This document shows, piece by piece, positions 1-9,808 of a DNA stretch of 64,000 nucleotides. Under the pieces are notes generated by a model. That model ran no database searches, had not been told where the DNA came from, and saw only the letters and a list, made by a program, of their open reading frames with translations. The translations under genes were made by a program, and so were the position numbers. The stretch is taken from positions 91,700-155,699 of the forward strand of contig JBGSRW010000008.1 of the NCBI GenBank assembly GCA_041737355.1, written 5' to 3'. Each line of letters starts with the position of its first letter. Within the stretch, counting starts at the first letter, position 1. The DNA is from Patescibacteria group bacterium. Lineage in GTDB: Bacteria > Patescibacteriota > Patescibacteriia > XYB2-FULL-38-15.

Positions 1-738
1 GGTTAGGGGGATATGCGCGTAGCGTGGTACGCCAAAACCCAGCGCTTCAATAACGGCTATTTGTTTCGGAGTATTCGAGATATGGTCTTCACCGCGGATA
101 ACATGACTGATTTTCATCGTATAATCGTCAATAACAACGGCAAAATTATAAAGGGGAGCGTCAAGATTTTTAGCTATGGTAATATCTCCAATTAATTCGG
201 TATTAAATTCAACTTTTCCTTTTATTAAATCCTCAAAAATAATTTTTTTCGCGGGCATTCTGAATCGGATAACCGGTTTTCTCCCTTCGTCATGCATTTT
301 TTTTATTTCATCCGCTTTCAGATTGGCGCAACAACCGGAATAGACGGGCGGCTCCCCTCTTTTCATCATCGACTCCCTTTCTTTTTCCAGTTCTTCTTCA
401 GTGCAGAAACAATAGTAGGCCTTATCTTCATCCAATAATTGCTGCAGATATTTTTTGTAAGTCTCTAGGCGTTCGCTTTGCCGATAAGGTCCATATTTTC
501 CGCCAACGTCCGGCCCCTCATCATAATCTATTCCGAGCCAATGAAGGCTCTCAATAATCTCTTTGGTAAATTTTTCATCGGATCTTTCAAGGTCAGTATC
601 CTCAATGCGTAAAATAAAATTGCCACCTTGGTTTTTGGCGAATAAGTAGTTGAATAGGGCGGTTCTTGCCGTACCGATATGCAAATATCCGGTTGGCGAA
701 GGCGCAATACGCACCCTGATTTCTTCCTTTTTAGACAT
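1..738 (-). CDS. gltX: Glutamate--tRNA ligase, N-terminal part (runs off the window edge)
   Basis: Manual translation from ATG at 738: MSKKEEIRVRIAPSPTGYLHIGTART (HIGH motif), LRIEDTD, YRQSER, HVIRGEDH. Not in the ORF track because it is truncated. Confidence 0.95.
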   Translation of the reverse strand, partial: MSKKEEIRVRIAPSPTGYLHIGTARTALFNYLFAKNQGGNFILRIEDTDLERSDEKFTKEIIESLHWLGIDYDEGPDVGGKYGPYRQSERLETYKKYLQQLLDEDKAYYCFCTEEELEKERESMMKRGEPPVYSGCCANLKADEIKKMHDEGRKPVIRFRMPAKKIIFEDLIKGKVEFNTELIGDITIAKNLDAPLYNFAVVIDDYTMKISHVIRGEDHISNTPKQIAVIEALGFGVPRYAHIPLT

Positions 739-1465
739 ATTTTTTACCTTTTACAATTATTAGCCAGCTAAATTTTATTGTGGCAGTCAGGATTCTTTTC
801 CATCGCCATGGTTGCATAAATAATCTCCAGAGCCACTCTAATCCTACTTTTTGTATCCAGCGCGGGGCGCGCCTTATTTTTCCGGCGATAAAGTCAAATG
901 CTCCCCCGACGCCCATCGCAATTATAACTGATGGCATTTTATCAAGATTTCCGGCAATAAATTTTTCCTGCCGTCTCGCACCGAGAGCGGCAAATAGAAT
1001 TTCCGGTTTTAGAATATTTATTTTTTCAATTAATCTTTCCGGGTCTTCCTCTTGCCCCAAAATATCTCCGTCGATTTTTAGCTGCGGAAATTTTTTAGCT
1101 AACGCTTCGGCTGTTTCTTCCGGCTTGGCTAAACCATTTTTTCCCGCCAGTAAAAACACTGAGTAATTTTTTTGTTCAGCCATTCGGCAGATGTCCAACA
1201 TCAAATCAACGCCCGGAATTCTTTCCGGGATAGGGCGCCGCAAGTAACGGGAAGCAAGTATCAAGCCAAAGCCGTCGGGTACGGAAAGGTCGGCCTTGTT
1301 CAAAATTTCTAAAAATTTCTTGTCTTTCCGTGTGGCCACAACCATTTCCGGATTTGGCGTTGCTATGTAATGCTGTTTAATGTCAGAAAGAAATTGATTT
1401 ATTTGTTCCAGGACTTTCTCCTTAATCAGATTATCTATTTTGACTCCGAGAATGTTAACTTTCAT
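731..1465 (-). CDS. WecB/TagA/CpsF family glycosyltransferase
   Basis: TPNPE, PDGFG, RIPGVDL, GVGGAFDF and GLEWLWRL motifs. Confidence 0.92.
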   Translation of the reverse strand: MKVNILGVKIDNLIKEKVLEQINQFLSDIKQHYIATPNPEMVVATRKDKKFLEILNKADLSVPDGFGLILASRYLRRPIPERIPGVDLMLDICRMAEQKNYSVFLLAGKNGLAKPEETAEALAKKFPQLKIDGDILGQEEDPERLIEKINILKPEILFAALGARRQEKFIAGNLDKMPSVIIAMGVGGAFDFIAGKIRRAPRWIQKVGLEWLWRLFMQPWRWKRILTATIKFSWLIIVKGKKYV

Positions 1466-2010
1466 TTCAGTGGAAAGGATTTAATTGTTGAATAGACCGG
1501 ACCATCTGAAGCCAGTTTGCTTTCCATAAGTTCAATACTTTTTACTTCAAAAATTTGAGGGAGAAACTCCACGCCATCGGTTTTACACCTTGATCCGTCT
1601 TTTATCCTGCCCAAGGTCAAATGCGCCTTCCATGGCTTGGCATCAACCGGGAAATTAAGGTTTTGAAGCATGACCTCCAATTCACCAATTATGATTCTGA
1701 TTGCTTCAGAATCAATAATCTCAATAAATACGATTTTTGGTTCGCGTTCATTGGGGAAACAGCCGAACCTGCCGGTTTTCATTTCAAAAGCCGCTATTCT
1801 TTCGGTAATTTTATTAATCCCCTCTTCCGCTTGGGCAATTTGCTCTGTAGTCAGGTCTCCAAAAAAATGAAGAGTCAGATGTAGATTTTCTAGTGAGGTC
1901 CATTTGATTCCGTAATCCGAATTAAGTTTTTTCAATTCAGCAACAACTGCGGCAAGCTTTTCTTTCAAATCCGAAGGCAAATTAATAGCGATAAAGGTTC
2001 GTTTGGTCAC
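1462..2010 (-). CDS. thpR: RNA 2',3'-cyclic phosphodiesterase (2H family, LigT)
   Basis: RTFIAI start, two HLTL motifs, ELMESKL C-terminus. Confidence 0.92.
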   Translation of the reverse strand: MTKRTFIAINLPSDLKEKLAAVVAELKKLNSDYGIKWTSLENLHLTLHFFGDLTTEQIAQAEEGINKITERIAAFEMKTGRFGCFPNEREPKIVFIEIIDSEAIRIIIGELEVMLQNLNFPVDAKPWKAHLTLGRIKDGSRCKTDGVEFLPQIFEVKSIELMESKLASDGPVYSTIKSFPLK

Positions 2011-2075
2011 ATTAAATCTTTTATGTTTAGTTTAAAATTGTATCATTTTTTGGAATTTTAAGCAACTTTTACTCA

Positions 2076-2121
2076 TTGACAAAAAAAGAGAGGTTTGGTA
2101 GTTTTAAGGCAGAAAAGGAGG
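2076..2121 (+). promoter_or_regulatory. sigma70 promoter plus SD of an orphan cassette
   Basis: TTGACA (2076) -17 nt- TAGTTT (2099) with a TG extension; AAGGAGG at 2115-2121. Confidence 0.75.
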
Positions 2122-2126
2122 GTGAA

Positions 2127-2357
2127 ATGTCTGACTCCGATCGTCCAACGAGTGAGATGCCAGTTGTCCCGTCATTCCACGTCTGCAAGCCTGATGACGC
2201 GGGCTACTGCGGCGATGCCGGATTAATTTGCGGTAAATGCGGGCACAAAGGGATGGAAACTGACGACGCGGCTCACGAGGGCGACAAGAAAAGGTGCCCA
2301 AGATGCGGTTATGCCACCATCGTCGAATCCGAGACACAGCCGGGTTCGAAAGTATAG
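2127..2357 (+). CDS. Orphan small zinc-ribbon protein (76 aa)
   Basis: ATG 5 nt after AAGGAGG; CGKCG...CPRCG pairs; own promoter and terminator. Confidence 0.65.
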   Translation: MSDSDRPTSEMPVVPSFHVCKPDDAGYCGDAGLICGKCGHKGMETDDAAHEGDKKRCPRCGYATIVESETQPGSKV

Positions 2358-2379
2358 TCTTCTAGGGAAAGGCTAATCT

Positions 2380-2412
2380 GCCGACGCAAAAGGAGAAAGC
2401 GTCGGTTTTTTT
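2380..2412 (+). terminator. Intrinsic terminator
   Basis: CCGACGC/GCGTCGG stem followed by a T7 tract. Confidence 0.7.
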
Positions 2413-2441
2413 ATTATTTTATTTTTTGCTATAATATAATT

Positions 2442-3467
2442 ATGAAAGAAGCTTTATTTTACAAGAAAATAAAGGGAAAACGAGTACAATGCCAGGCCTG
2501 CAATCATTATTGCCAAATTGCTCCCGCCAGCCGGGGAATTTGCGGCGTCAGGGAAAATCAAGACGGCAAGCTCTATTCTTTAGTCTACGGAAAAATTATT
2601 GCCAAAAACATTGATCCTATCGAAAAAAAACCGCTGTTCCATTTTTTACCAGGAACAAAAAGCTTATCTATTTCCACAGTTGGTTGTAACTTCCGCTGTT
2701 CTTATTGCCAAAACGCCGACATTGCTCAAATGCCCAAAGAAAATGCTCTCTTTGGCGCGGAAAAAGTTCCCGGAGTTGATTTGTCCCCCGAAGATATCGT
2801 GGAAACCGCGGCTAATGTTAAGTTGCCCAGTATTTCTTACACCTATACCGAGCCGACGGTTTTTGTGGAATTCGCCCTAGACACGATGAAGCTTGCTGAA
2901 AAGAAAAAAATAAAAAATGTTTGGGTCACAAACGGGTATACCAGTAAAGAGGCGTTAAAGGAGATTATCCCCCATCTCGACGCTGCGAATATTGATATCA
3001 AGGGTTTTACCGAAGATTTTTACAATAAAGTTTGTGGCGCGAAATTAAAACCGGTTTTAGAAACTGCGAAGGCAATGAAGCGTGATGGCGTTTGGGTGGA
3101 AGTTACAACGCTTATCGTGCCGGGGCAAAACGATACAGAAGAACACTTCAAGGGAATTGCCGATTTTGTTGCTAAGGAATTGGGAAAAGAAACGCCCTGG
3201 CATCTTTCCAAATTTTTTCCGACTTATAAATTCCGCGATCTGCCGCCCACTCCCCCGTCGTCATTGCTCAGGGCCTATGAATTTGGCGAAAAAGCTGGTT
3301 TAAAATACGTTTATCTCGGTAATCTGCCGTTGCCAGAATATGAAACGACCTTTTGCCGGAAATGCGGAAATAAAATGATTGAACGGGCCGGGTACGAGAT
3401 TGTTCGCCACGATAAAGAAGGCAGATGCACCAAGTGCAAAGAAAATTTAGATTTAATATTAAAATAA
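2442..3467 (+). CDS. amrS: AmmeMemoRadiSam system radical SAM enzyme
   Basis: N-terminal CQACNHYC, DPIEKKPLFHF, CNFRCSYCQN, YTYTEP, C-terminal Zn ribbon. Confidence 0.95.
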   Translation: MKEALFYKKIKGKRVQCQACNHYCQIAPASRGICGVRENQDGKLYSLVYGKIIAKNIDPIEKKPLFHFLPGTKSLSISTVGCNFRCSYCQNADIAQMPKENALFGAEKVPGVDLSPEDIVETAANVKLPSISYTYTEPTVFVEFALDTMKLAEKKKIKNVWVTNGYTSKEALKEIIPHLDAANIDIKGFTEDFYNKVCGAKLKPVLETAKAMKRDGVWVEVTTLIVPGQNDTEEHFKGIADFVAKELGKETPWHLSKFFPTYKFRDLPPTPPSSLLRAYEFGEKAGLKYVYLGNLPLPEYETTFCRKCGNKMIERAGYEIVRHDKEGRCTKCKENLDLILK

Positions 3468-3472
3468 AAATT

Positions 3473-3751
3473 ATGGGTGAAGTTTCAAAAGAATTAATGA
3501 GAAAAAAGGAGGAAGAAGTTGAAGGGTTGAAAAATCTTTTCAAAAAGCTTTTTGGAGAATATTTCGAAAAGCATAATGAGTATCCCCCGCTTTACAGCGG
3601 AAATATAGTTGAGGATGCAAGAAGAGTAAATCAATTTGTTGGGTCGAGACCTGAAATTCTTCGCAGTATTCAAAGCCTTCCGGCGGTTCAAAATATGGTA
3701 GTCGAGGTTGCTCTTGACGTGTTGAAAGATTTGATGGATAAGGTAAAATAA
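3473..3751 (+). CDS. Hypothetical protein (92 aa)
   Basis: ATG 5 nt after the amrS stop, backbone-like composition, followed by a terminator. Confidence 0.55.
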   Translation: MGEVSKELMRKKEEEVEGLKNLFKKLFGEYFEKHNEYPPLYSGNIVEDARRVNQFVGSRPEILRSIQSLPAVQNMVVEVALDVLKDLMDKVK

Positions 3752-3771
3752 TATTCAAGAAGAAAATGCCG

Positions 3772-3797
3772 GCCCGTGCTAAATAGCGCGGGCTTTT
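3772..3797 (+). terminator. Intrinsic terminator
   Basis: GCCCGTGCT-aaat-AGCGCGGGC followed by TTTT. Confidence 0.7.
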
Positions 3798-3833
3798 GCT
3801 ATTGACACATTTTTCCGTTGCGCTAAAATATAA

Positions 3834-3860
3834 TTAGCACTCTAAACTTAAGACTGCTAA
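3834..3860 (+). promoter_or_regulatory. CIRCE (HrcA operator) upstream of clpB
   Basis: TTAGCACTC-N9-GACTGCTAA, one mismatch to consensus, just downstream of TTGACA(3802)-16-TAAAAT(3824). Confidence 0.9.
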
Positions 3861-3873
3861 TTTATAAAATACT

Positions 3874-6501
3874 ATGCTTCCGCAAAATTTTACCACCAAA
3901 TCGCAAGAAGCTTTACAAGCTGCTCAGGGATTGGTTTTTGAATACAATCATCAATATTTGGATCCTCTGCACTTGCTTACGGCGCTCTTGGACCAACAGG
4001 GAGGAATAGTCGCTTCCCTTCTCCAAAAATTGGGCGCTAATGCTCTAGATATAAAACAACGGGCTATGCTGGAATTGCAGAAATTGCCAAAACAGACCGG
4101 CCGGCGTCCGGGCGGAGCGGCCCAGATGAACGTTGGCCAAGAAATGGTCCAGGTTTTTTATACCGTGGAAAAAGAAGCCAAGAAAATGAAAGATGATTAT
4201 ATCAGCACCGAGCATTTATTTTTGGGTCTTCTTTCTGTAAAAAGCCGGGCAGGAGACATTTTGGCGGAGGCGGGTTTGAATTATGATCAGGTTTTAAAAG
4301 TTTTGGCCGAAGTCCGCGGTACGCAAAAAGTTGATTCTCCCGAACCGGAAGCCAAATATCAGGTTTTGGAAAAATATACGGTCAATCTGACAGAGCTTGC
4401 CCGAGGGAAAAAACTGGATCCGGTCATTGGCCGCGACGAGGAAATTCGCAGGGTCATGCAAGTTCTTTCCCGCCGGACAAAAAATAATCCGGTGTTGATT
4501 GGCGAGGCCGGCACCGGAAAAACAGCGATCGTTGAAGGTTTGGCGCAAAGAATTGTGGCTGGCGATATACCTGAGAGCTTGAAGGACAAGGAATTAATTT
4601 CTCTTGATCTAGGATCACTGCTTGCCGGAACAAAATTCCGCGGCGAGTTTGAAGATCGCCTGAAAGCTGTTATTAAAGAAGTCAAACAAGCCAGCGGAAA
4701 AATAATTTTATTTATTGACGAACTGCACACTATTGTCGGTGCCGGCGCAATCGAGGGGGCTATGGATGCTTCCAATATGCTGAAACCTGCTTTAGCCCGC
4801 GGTGAACTCCACACCATCGGCGCGACAACCACCAAGGAATATCATAAATATGTGGAAAAAGACGCAGCCTTGGAACGGCGCTTCCAGCCGGTTTTTGTCG
4901 GCGAGCCATCGGTTGAAGATACTATTGCTATCCTGCGCGGCATCAAGGAAAAATACGAAGTGCATCACGGCGTAAAAATTACTGATGCGGCAATTATCGC
5001 AGCAGCGACTCTTTCCCATCGCTATATCTCTGATCGGTTTTTGCCGGATAAAGCGGTTGACTTGATCGACGAAGCCACTTCCGCTCTCAGAATGGAGATT
5101 GACAGTATGCCTACCGAACTCGACCAACTGAAAAGAAAAATGATGAAATTCGAGATTGAACGGCAAGCTCTGCTTAAAGAAAAAGACACGGGGGCCAAGG
5201 ACGAACTAAAAAAAGTAAACAAGGAATTAGCCGAGCTTCAGGAAAAATCCAAAGAGCTGGAAATCGGCTGGCGCTATGAAAAAGATTTAATCAGCCAGAT
5301 CCGCAAGGCGCAAAAACAAATTGATTATTCAAAGCAGCAGGCCGATATTGCCGAACGCAAAGGCGAACTGGAAAAAGTCGCGGAAATCCGTTACGGAAAA
5401 GTTCCTGAATTGGAAAAAGAAATTAGGACACTTGAGAAAAAATTAAAGAAAACCCCCGACGAAAAAAGAATTCTTCGGGAAGAAGTTACCGACGAAGATA
5501 TTGCCCGGGTTGTCTCGCGCTGGACTGGAATTCCGGTGACAAAAATGCTCCAGGGCGAAATTGAAAAATTGGCTCATGCTGAGGAAGAACTCGAGAAAAG
5601 AGTCATCGGACAAAAAGACGCAATCAAAACCATTGCCAACGCCCTCCGCCGTTCACGGGCCGGGATATCTGAAGAAAAGAAACCGATCGGTTCCTTCATT
5701 TTTGTCGGTCCGACCGGGGTCGGTAAAACCGAATTGTCTAAAGCCTTGGCCGAATTTATGTTTAACGACGAAAACGCGCTTGTCCGGGTTGATATGTCGG
5801 AATATATGGAAAAGCACTCCGTAGCGCGGCTTGTCGGTTCCCCTCCCGGCTATGTCGGCCATGAAGAAGGCGGACAATTGACCGAGGCAATCCGTCGACG
5901 GCCGTATTCGGTTGTTCTTTTTGATGAAATCGAGAAAGCCCATCCGGAAGTCTTTAATATCTTACTTCAAATTTTAGATGACGGACGCTTAACCGATGGC
6001 CGCGGTCGGACCGTGAATTTTAAAAACTCTATTATTATTATGACCTCGAATCTCGGCAACCAGGTTATCCGTGATTTTTCCATTGGTTTCCGGGACGGCG
6101 AAAATAAAGAAGCAAGCCGCGACAATGAAATGCGTGACAAGATTATGGAAATTCTTCGTGAAACCTTCAAGCTTGAATTTTTGAACCGTATTGACGAAAC
6201 TGTAATCTTCAAAAGTTTGGGCAAAGCGGAAATCGGAAAAATTATAGAATTGCAATTGGCCGAAGTTCAGAAACGGCTTGATACCAAAAAGATAAAATTG
6301 GAAATTGCCGAGCCGGTTAAAAAAATGCTCGCGGAAAAAGGTTTTGATCCGATTTTCGGCGCCCGACCGCTAAAGCGCGTAATTCAGAATATGATTTTGG
6401 ATGAATTAGCCCTGCGAATCATTGAAGGAAAAGTTAAAGACGGTGATAAAGTCGTGATCGGACTGGATAAAGATAAAAAAATCACTTTCGAGATTAAGTA
6501 G
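3874..6501 (+). CDS. clpB: Chaperone/disaggregase ClpB
   Basis: Clp N-domain, two AAA+ modules ([16 protein letters not shown]), long coiled-coil middle domain. Confidence 0.97.
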   Translation: MLPQNFTTKSQEALQAAQGLVFEYNHQYLDPLHLLTALLDQQGGIVASLLQKLGANALDIKQRAMLELQKLPKQTGRRPGGAAQMNVGQEMVQVFYTVEKEAKKMKDDYISTEHLFLGLLSVKSRAGDILAEAGLNYDQVLKVLAEVRGTQKVDSPEPEAKYQVLEKYTVNLTELARGKKLDPVIGRDEEIRRVMQVLSRRTKNNPVLIGEAGTGKTAIVEGLAQRIVAGDIPESLKDKELISLDLGSLLAGTKFRGEFEDRLKAVIKEVKQASGKIILFIDELHTIVGAGAIEGAMDASNMLKPALARGELHTIGATTTKEYHKYVEKDAALERRFQPVFVGEPSVEDTIAILRGIKEKYEVHHGVKITDAAIIAAATLSHRYISDRFLPDKAVDLIDEATSALRMEIDSMPTELDQLKRKMMKFEIERQALLKEKDTGAKDELKKVNKELAELQEKSKELEIGWRYEKDLISQIRKAQKQIDYSKQQADIAERKGELEKVAEIRYGKVPELEKEIRTLEKKLKKTPDEKRILREEVTDEDIARVVSRWTGIPVTKMLQGEIEKLAHAEEELEKRVIGQKDAIKTIANALRRSRAGISEEKKPIGSFIFVGPTGVGKTELSKALAEFMFNDENALVRVDMSEYMEKHSVARLVGSPPGYVGHEEGGQLTEAIRRRPYSVVLFDEIEKAHPEVFNILLQILDDGRLTDGRGRTVNFKNSIIIMTSNLGNQVIRDFSIGFRDGENKEASRDNEMRDKIMEILRETFKLEFLNRIDETVIFKSLGKAEIGKIIELQLAEVQKRLDTKKIKLEIAEPVKKMLAEKGFDPIFGARPLKRVIQNMILDELALRIIEGKVKDGDKVVIGLDKDKKITFEIK

Positions 6502-6505
6502 AATA

Positions 6506-6534
6506 AAAACCACGGCCGAGCAATCCGTGGTTTT
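6506..6534. terminator. Terminator hairpin after clpB (bidirectional-looking)
   Basis: AAAACCACGG/CCGTGGTTTT inverted repeat. Confidence 0.75.
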
Positions 6535-6598
6535 GTGATATAAAAAAAGGCCGACCCAGGCGAGGTTTTGAGGCCTCATCATGAGTCGGATCGCGGAA

Positions 6599-6997
6599 TT
6601 ATTTGCGCCGCCTCGGTCGTATGCGGGGCGCATTACGAGCCGTCAATTTTTTGAGAGCAGCTCTTTCTGCTTGACGGCACCTCTTCTCAAACAATCGTTT
6701 GAAGTCATCATCATTGTAGTTTTCATGCCAACTGCCGTCGTCATCGCGATAGCGATAGAAGCTCCTAGCGAAAGCAGGCGAGATTGAATTTCTTTGGCAG
6801 GGTGAATCGAGCCCGAATTGGTAAATGAGGACGCAGGTACCATCTTCACCAAAACGAAAATTGTACTCCTCCGCCTCGCGAGCCGCCTTAACAGCAAATA
6901 CGATGTCCTTAGTCACGAGAAAGGGTGTTGTAAAATTTCTGTCGGGGGCTTCTTCGAAGCCCTTCACTTTGTGGCACGCGATTACTACGTAATACAT
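6599..6997 (-). CDS. Orphan hypothetical protein (132 aa), cassette-type
   Basis: GAGGAGG SD, TTGACA(7046-7041)-17-TAAGGT promoter, hairpin plus T tract at about 6542-6590; basic C-terminus. Confidence 0.7.
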   Translation of the reverse strand: MYYVVIACHKVKGFEEAPDRNFTTPFLVTKDIVFAVKAAREAEEYNFRFGEDGTCVLIYQFGLDSPCQRNSISPAFARSFYRYRDDDGSWHENYNDDDFKRLFEKRCRQAERAALKKLTARNAPRIRPRRRK

Positions 6998-7078
6998 CTT
7001 TTTCCTCCTCTGGGCATACCTTAGATTTTTAGACGTTTGCTGTCAAGGGTAAAATTTGCTATAATATTTATAGAAATT

Positions 7079-8482
7079 ATGAAGCTAAAACTACCAAAAC
7101 TTATGCGTATTTTGGCTATATTTGTATTAAGCCAGCTAATGCTAGTTAATCTTGCTTTTGCCGAATTTAATCCTGATTATATTATTTCCGACCAAGAATT
7201 GACAGACCATAACTCAATGTCCTTATCTCAAGTCCAAAGCTTTCTTGAAAGTAAGGGCAGCCCTCTCGCCTCGTACGCGACGATCGATACCGACGGCCTT
7301 GGCCGGACAGCTTCTGAAATTATCTGGCGAGTGGCTCAGGCTTACGAAATCAGCCCGAAAGTTTTACTTGTTACCTTGCAAAAAGAACAAAGTTTAATTA
7401 CTGATACCACTCCGGCGCAAAAACAGCTTGATTGGGCAACCGGCTACGGCGTTTGTGATGATTGTTCACTTTCCGACCCGAGTATTCAAAAATATAAAGG
7501 TTTTGCCACGCAAGTTGACAATACGGCCGGGTGGAAGCGATGGTATTTGGATAATGTTTATACCCTGAACTGGGTTAAGCAGCCGGGTAGAACCTATCTA
7601 ATAGATTCTCAAAGCATTACCCCAAACAATCTGGCCACGGCAAGTTTTTATACTTATACGCCGCACTACAACGGCAATTATAATTTCTGGAAAATATGGC
7701 AGGACTGGTTCGGCAAATTTTTTCCCGACGGCACGGTCTTAAAAGAGCAGGACGGCGAAAATATTTGGCTTATCCAGCGGGGTCTGAAGCGGCAATTTTC
7801 GACCTACTCGTCTTTTGTTTCCCGTTATTCCCCGGAAAAACTTATTAGTGTTTCAAAAAGTGAGCTTGAAAACTATGAGACTGGTACGCCAATTAAATTT
7901 CCGGAGTACTCCCTTCTCCGCTCTCCGGCCGGCACGGTTTACATGATCGTCGGCGACACACGGCGCGGTTTTACCTCAAAGGATGTCTTTAAGACTATTG
8001 GCATTAACCCGGAAGAAATTATTGACATAACCCAGGAAGAAATTGACGCATACATTGAGAGTGACCCGATTACCATGCAAAGTACTTATCCCATGGGAGC
8101 CCTCCTGCAGGATAAAAGAAGCGGCGGAGTTTATTTTGTGGAAAACGGAGTAAAAAAACCGATTTGGGCGAAAGATTTTTTGACTCTTTACTTCAAGAAT
8201 AAAAAAATTACCACGGTCTCCCTCGAGGAACTCAATAAATATGTGACTGGCGAACCGGTTAAATTTAAAGATGGAGAGTTGGTTGTTTCTTCAAGCTCCC
8301 CCACGGTTTACATTATCTCGAATGGAGAGAAGAGGCCGATACCCAGCGAAGAAGTTTTTAACGGTTTGGGCTATCGTTGGACAAATATAGTCAAAACAAC
8401 GGATAAAATTCTATCGCTACATCCGCTTGGCACCCCGGTTTATTTGGGCGGCGCGGTAGAGGCAGCCACTATTAACAAATAA
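7079..8482 (+). CDS. Secreted protein: putative lysozyme-like cell-wall hydrolase domain plus four ~60-aa repeats
   Basis: Signal peptide ending AFA; LLVTLQKEQSLI, ATGYG and FYTYTPH motifs; repeated G.(L/V).....VY.I..G.KR units. Start moved to ATG 7079. Confidence 0.6.
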   Translation: MKLKLPKLMRILAIFVLSQLMLVNLAFAEFNPDYIISDQELTDHNSMSLSQVQSFLESKGSPLASYATIDTDGLGRTASEIIWRVAQAYEISPKVLLVTLQKEQSLITDTTPAQKQLDWATGYGVCDDCSLSDPSIQKYKGFATQVDNTAGWKRWYLDNVYTLNWVKQPGRTYLIDSQSITPNNLATASFYTYTPHYNGNYNFWKIWQDWFGKFFPDGTVLKEQDGENIWLIQRGLKRQFSTYSSFVSRYSPEKLISVSKSELENYETGTPIKFPEYSLLRSPAGTVYMIVGDTRRGFTSKDVFKTIGINPEEIIDITQEEIDAYIESDPITMQSTYPMGALLQDKRSGGVYFVENGVKKPIWAKDFLTLYFKNKKITTVSLEELNKYVTGEPVKFKDGELVVSSSSPTVYIISNGEKRPIPSEEVFNGLGYRWTNIVKTTDKILSLHPLGTPVYLGGAVEAATINK

Positions 8483-8497
8483 TCTTTAGCTAATAAT

Positions 8498-9286
8498 ATG
8501 CTCTCTTTCGCGGCATTTACGCCACATCCTCCAATTTTAATTCCGGTTATCGGAAAAGAAAATACGAAAAGAATACAAAAAACATCAGAAGCAATGGAGG
8601 AACTGGAGAAAAAAATATACAACACAAAACCCGATACGGTTATTGTAATTTCTCCGCACGGACCCCTTCTACCCGATGCTTTTTCCATCAATTTGAACCC
8701 AACCTATAAAAGCAATCTTGAAGAGTTCGGAGATTTTGCCACGAAAATGGAATTTAAAACCGATACGGCCCTTGCCTTTAGGATTAAAGAATTAATGGAG
8801 GATAAAAATATTCCTTTAATCATGACGAGCGAAGAATCTCTTGACCACGGCGCAACGGTTCCCCTCTTTTTTTTAGCAAAAAGGCTCGCGGGAATTCCTG
8901 TTCTGCCAATGGGCTATTCCATGCTTGATTTTAAAACGCATTTTAGTTTTGGCGATTTCCTGAAGGAAATAATTCTGAACGAGGAAAAAAAAATCGCCGT
9001 TATTGCCTCGGGCGATCTTTCGCACCGGCTCACAAAGGACGCTCCCGCGGGATTCTCCCCCAGAGGAAAAGAATTTGACGAAAAAATAACCGAACTTTTA
9101 TCCAACAAAAATACGGCCGGCATTTTGGGACTGGACGAAGCTTTTATCGAAGAAGCCGGCGAGTGCGGTCTACGGTCTTTAATTATCCTCCTAGGGCTGC
9201 TTGAGCGGATTAATTACACTCCGGAAATTCTCTCCTACGAGGGGCCGTTTGGTGTCGGATACCTTGTAGCCAATTTTAAATTGTAG
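8498..9286 (+). CDS. amrB: AmmeMemoRadiSam protein B (MEMO1/LigB-like)
   Basis: PHPPILIP, ISPHG, DHG, ASGDLSH, ECG, YEGPFGVGY. Confidence 0.9.
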   Translation: MLSFAAFTPHPPILIPVIGKENTKRIQKTSEAMEELEKKIYNTKPDTVIVISPHGPLLPDAFSINLNPTYKSNLEEFGDFATKMEFKTDTALAFRIKELMEDKNIPLIMTSEESLDHGATVPLFFLAKRLAGIPVLPMGYSMLDFKTHFSFGDFLKEIILNEEKKIAVIASGDLSHRLTKDAPAGFSPRGKEFDEKITELLSNKNTAGILGLDEAFIEEAGECGLRSLIILLGLLERINYTPEILSYEGPFGVGYLVANFKL

Positions 9287-9292
9287 TAAGAA

Positions 9293-9805
9293 ATGAACTC
9301 TTACGTAAAATTAGCCAAGGAGGCCGTTGAATTATATATAAAAACTGGGAAAATACTGCCGGTTCCGATTGATTTGCCGGGAGAAATCCTGCAACGCCGG
9401 GCCGGCGTTTTTGTAAGTATTTATAATGGAGATAACCTGCGCGGCTGTATTGGCACTTATCTTCCTTCCGAAATTAATATTGCTAAAGAAATTATTACTA
9501 ATGCGGTTTCCGCGGCGACTAGGGATTATCGCTTCGATCCGATTACAAAAAAAGAATTAACCGGTCTCTCCTACTCGGTTTACATTCTCGAAGAACCGCG
9601 CCAGATAAAAGACATCAAGGAATTAAATCCAAAAAAATACGGCATTTTGATAAAATCTAAAAAGGGAAAGTCCGGTCTTCTTCTTCCCGATCTTCCCGGA
9701 ATTAATACGATTGAAGGTCAACTCGGCGCTGTTTGTCAAAAATGCGGCGTCAACCCGGAGAGAGAATATATTTCCATTTGGAAATTTGAAGCTAAAAAAT
9801 ATTAG
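9293..9805 (+). CDS. amrA: AmmeMemoRadiSam protein A (AMMECR1)
   Basis: GVFVS, LRGCIGT, DYRF, GLLLPDL. Confidence 0.93.
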   Translation: MNSYVKLAKEAVELYIKTGKILPVPIDLPGEILQRRAGVFVSIYNGDNLRGCIGTYLPSEINIAKEIITNAVSAATRDYRFDPITKKELTGLSYSVYILEEPRQIKDIKELNPKKYGILIKSKKGKSGLLLPDLPGINTIEGQLGAVCQKCGVNPEREYISIWKFEAKKY

Positions 9806-9808
9806 GTT

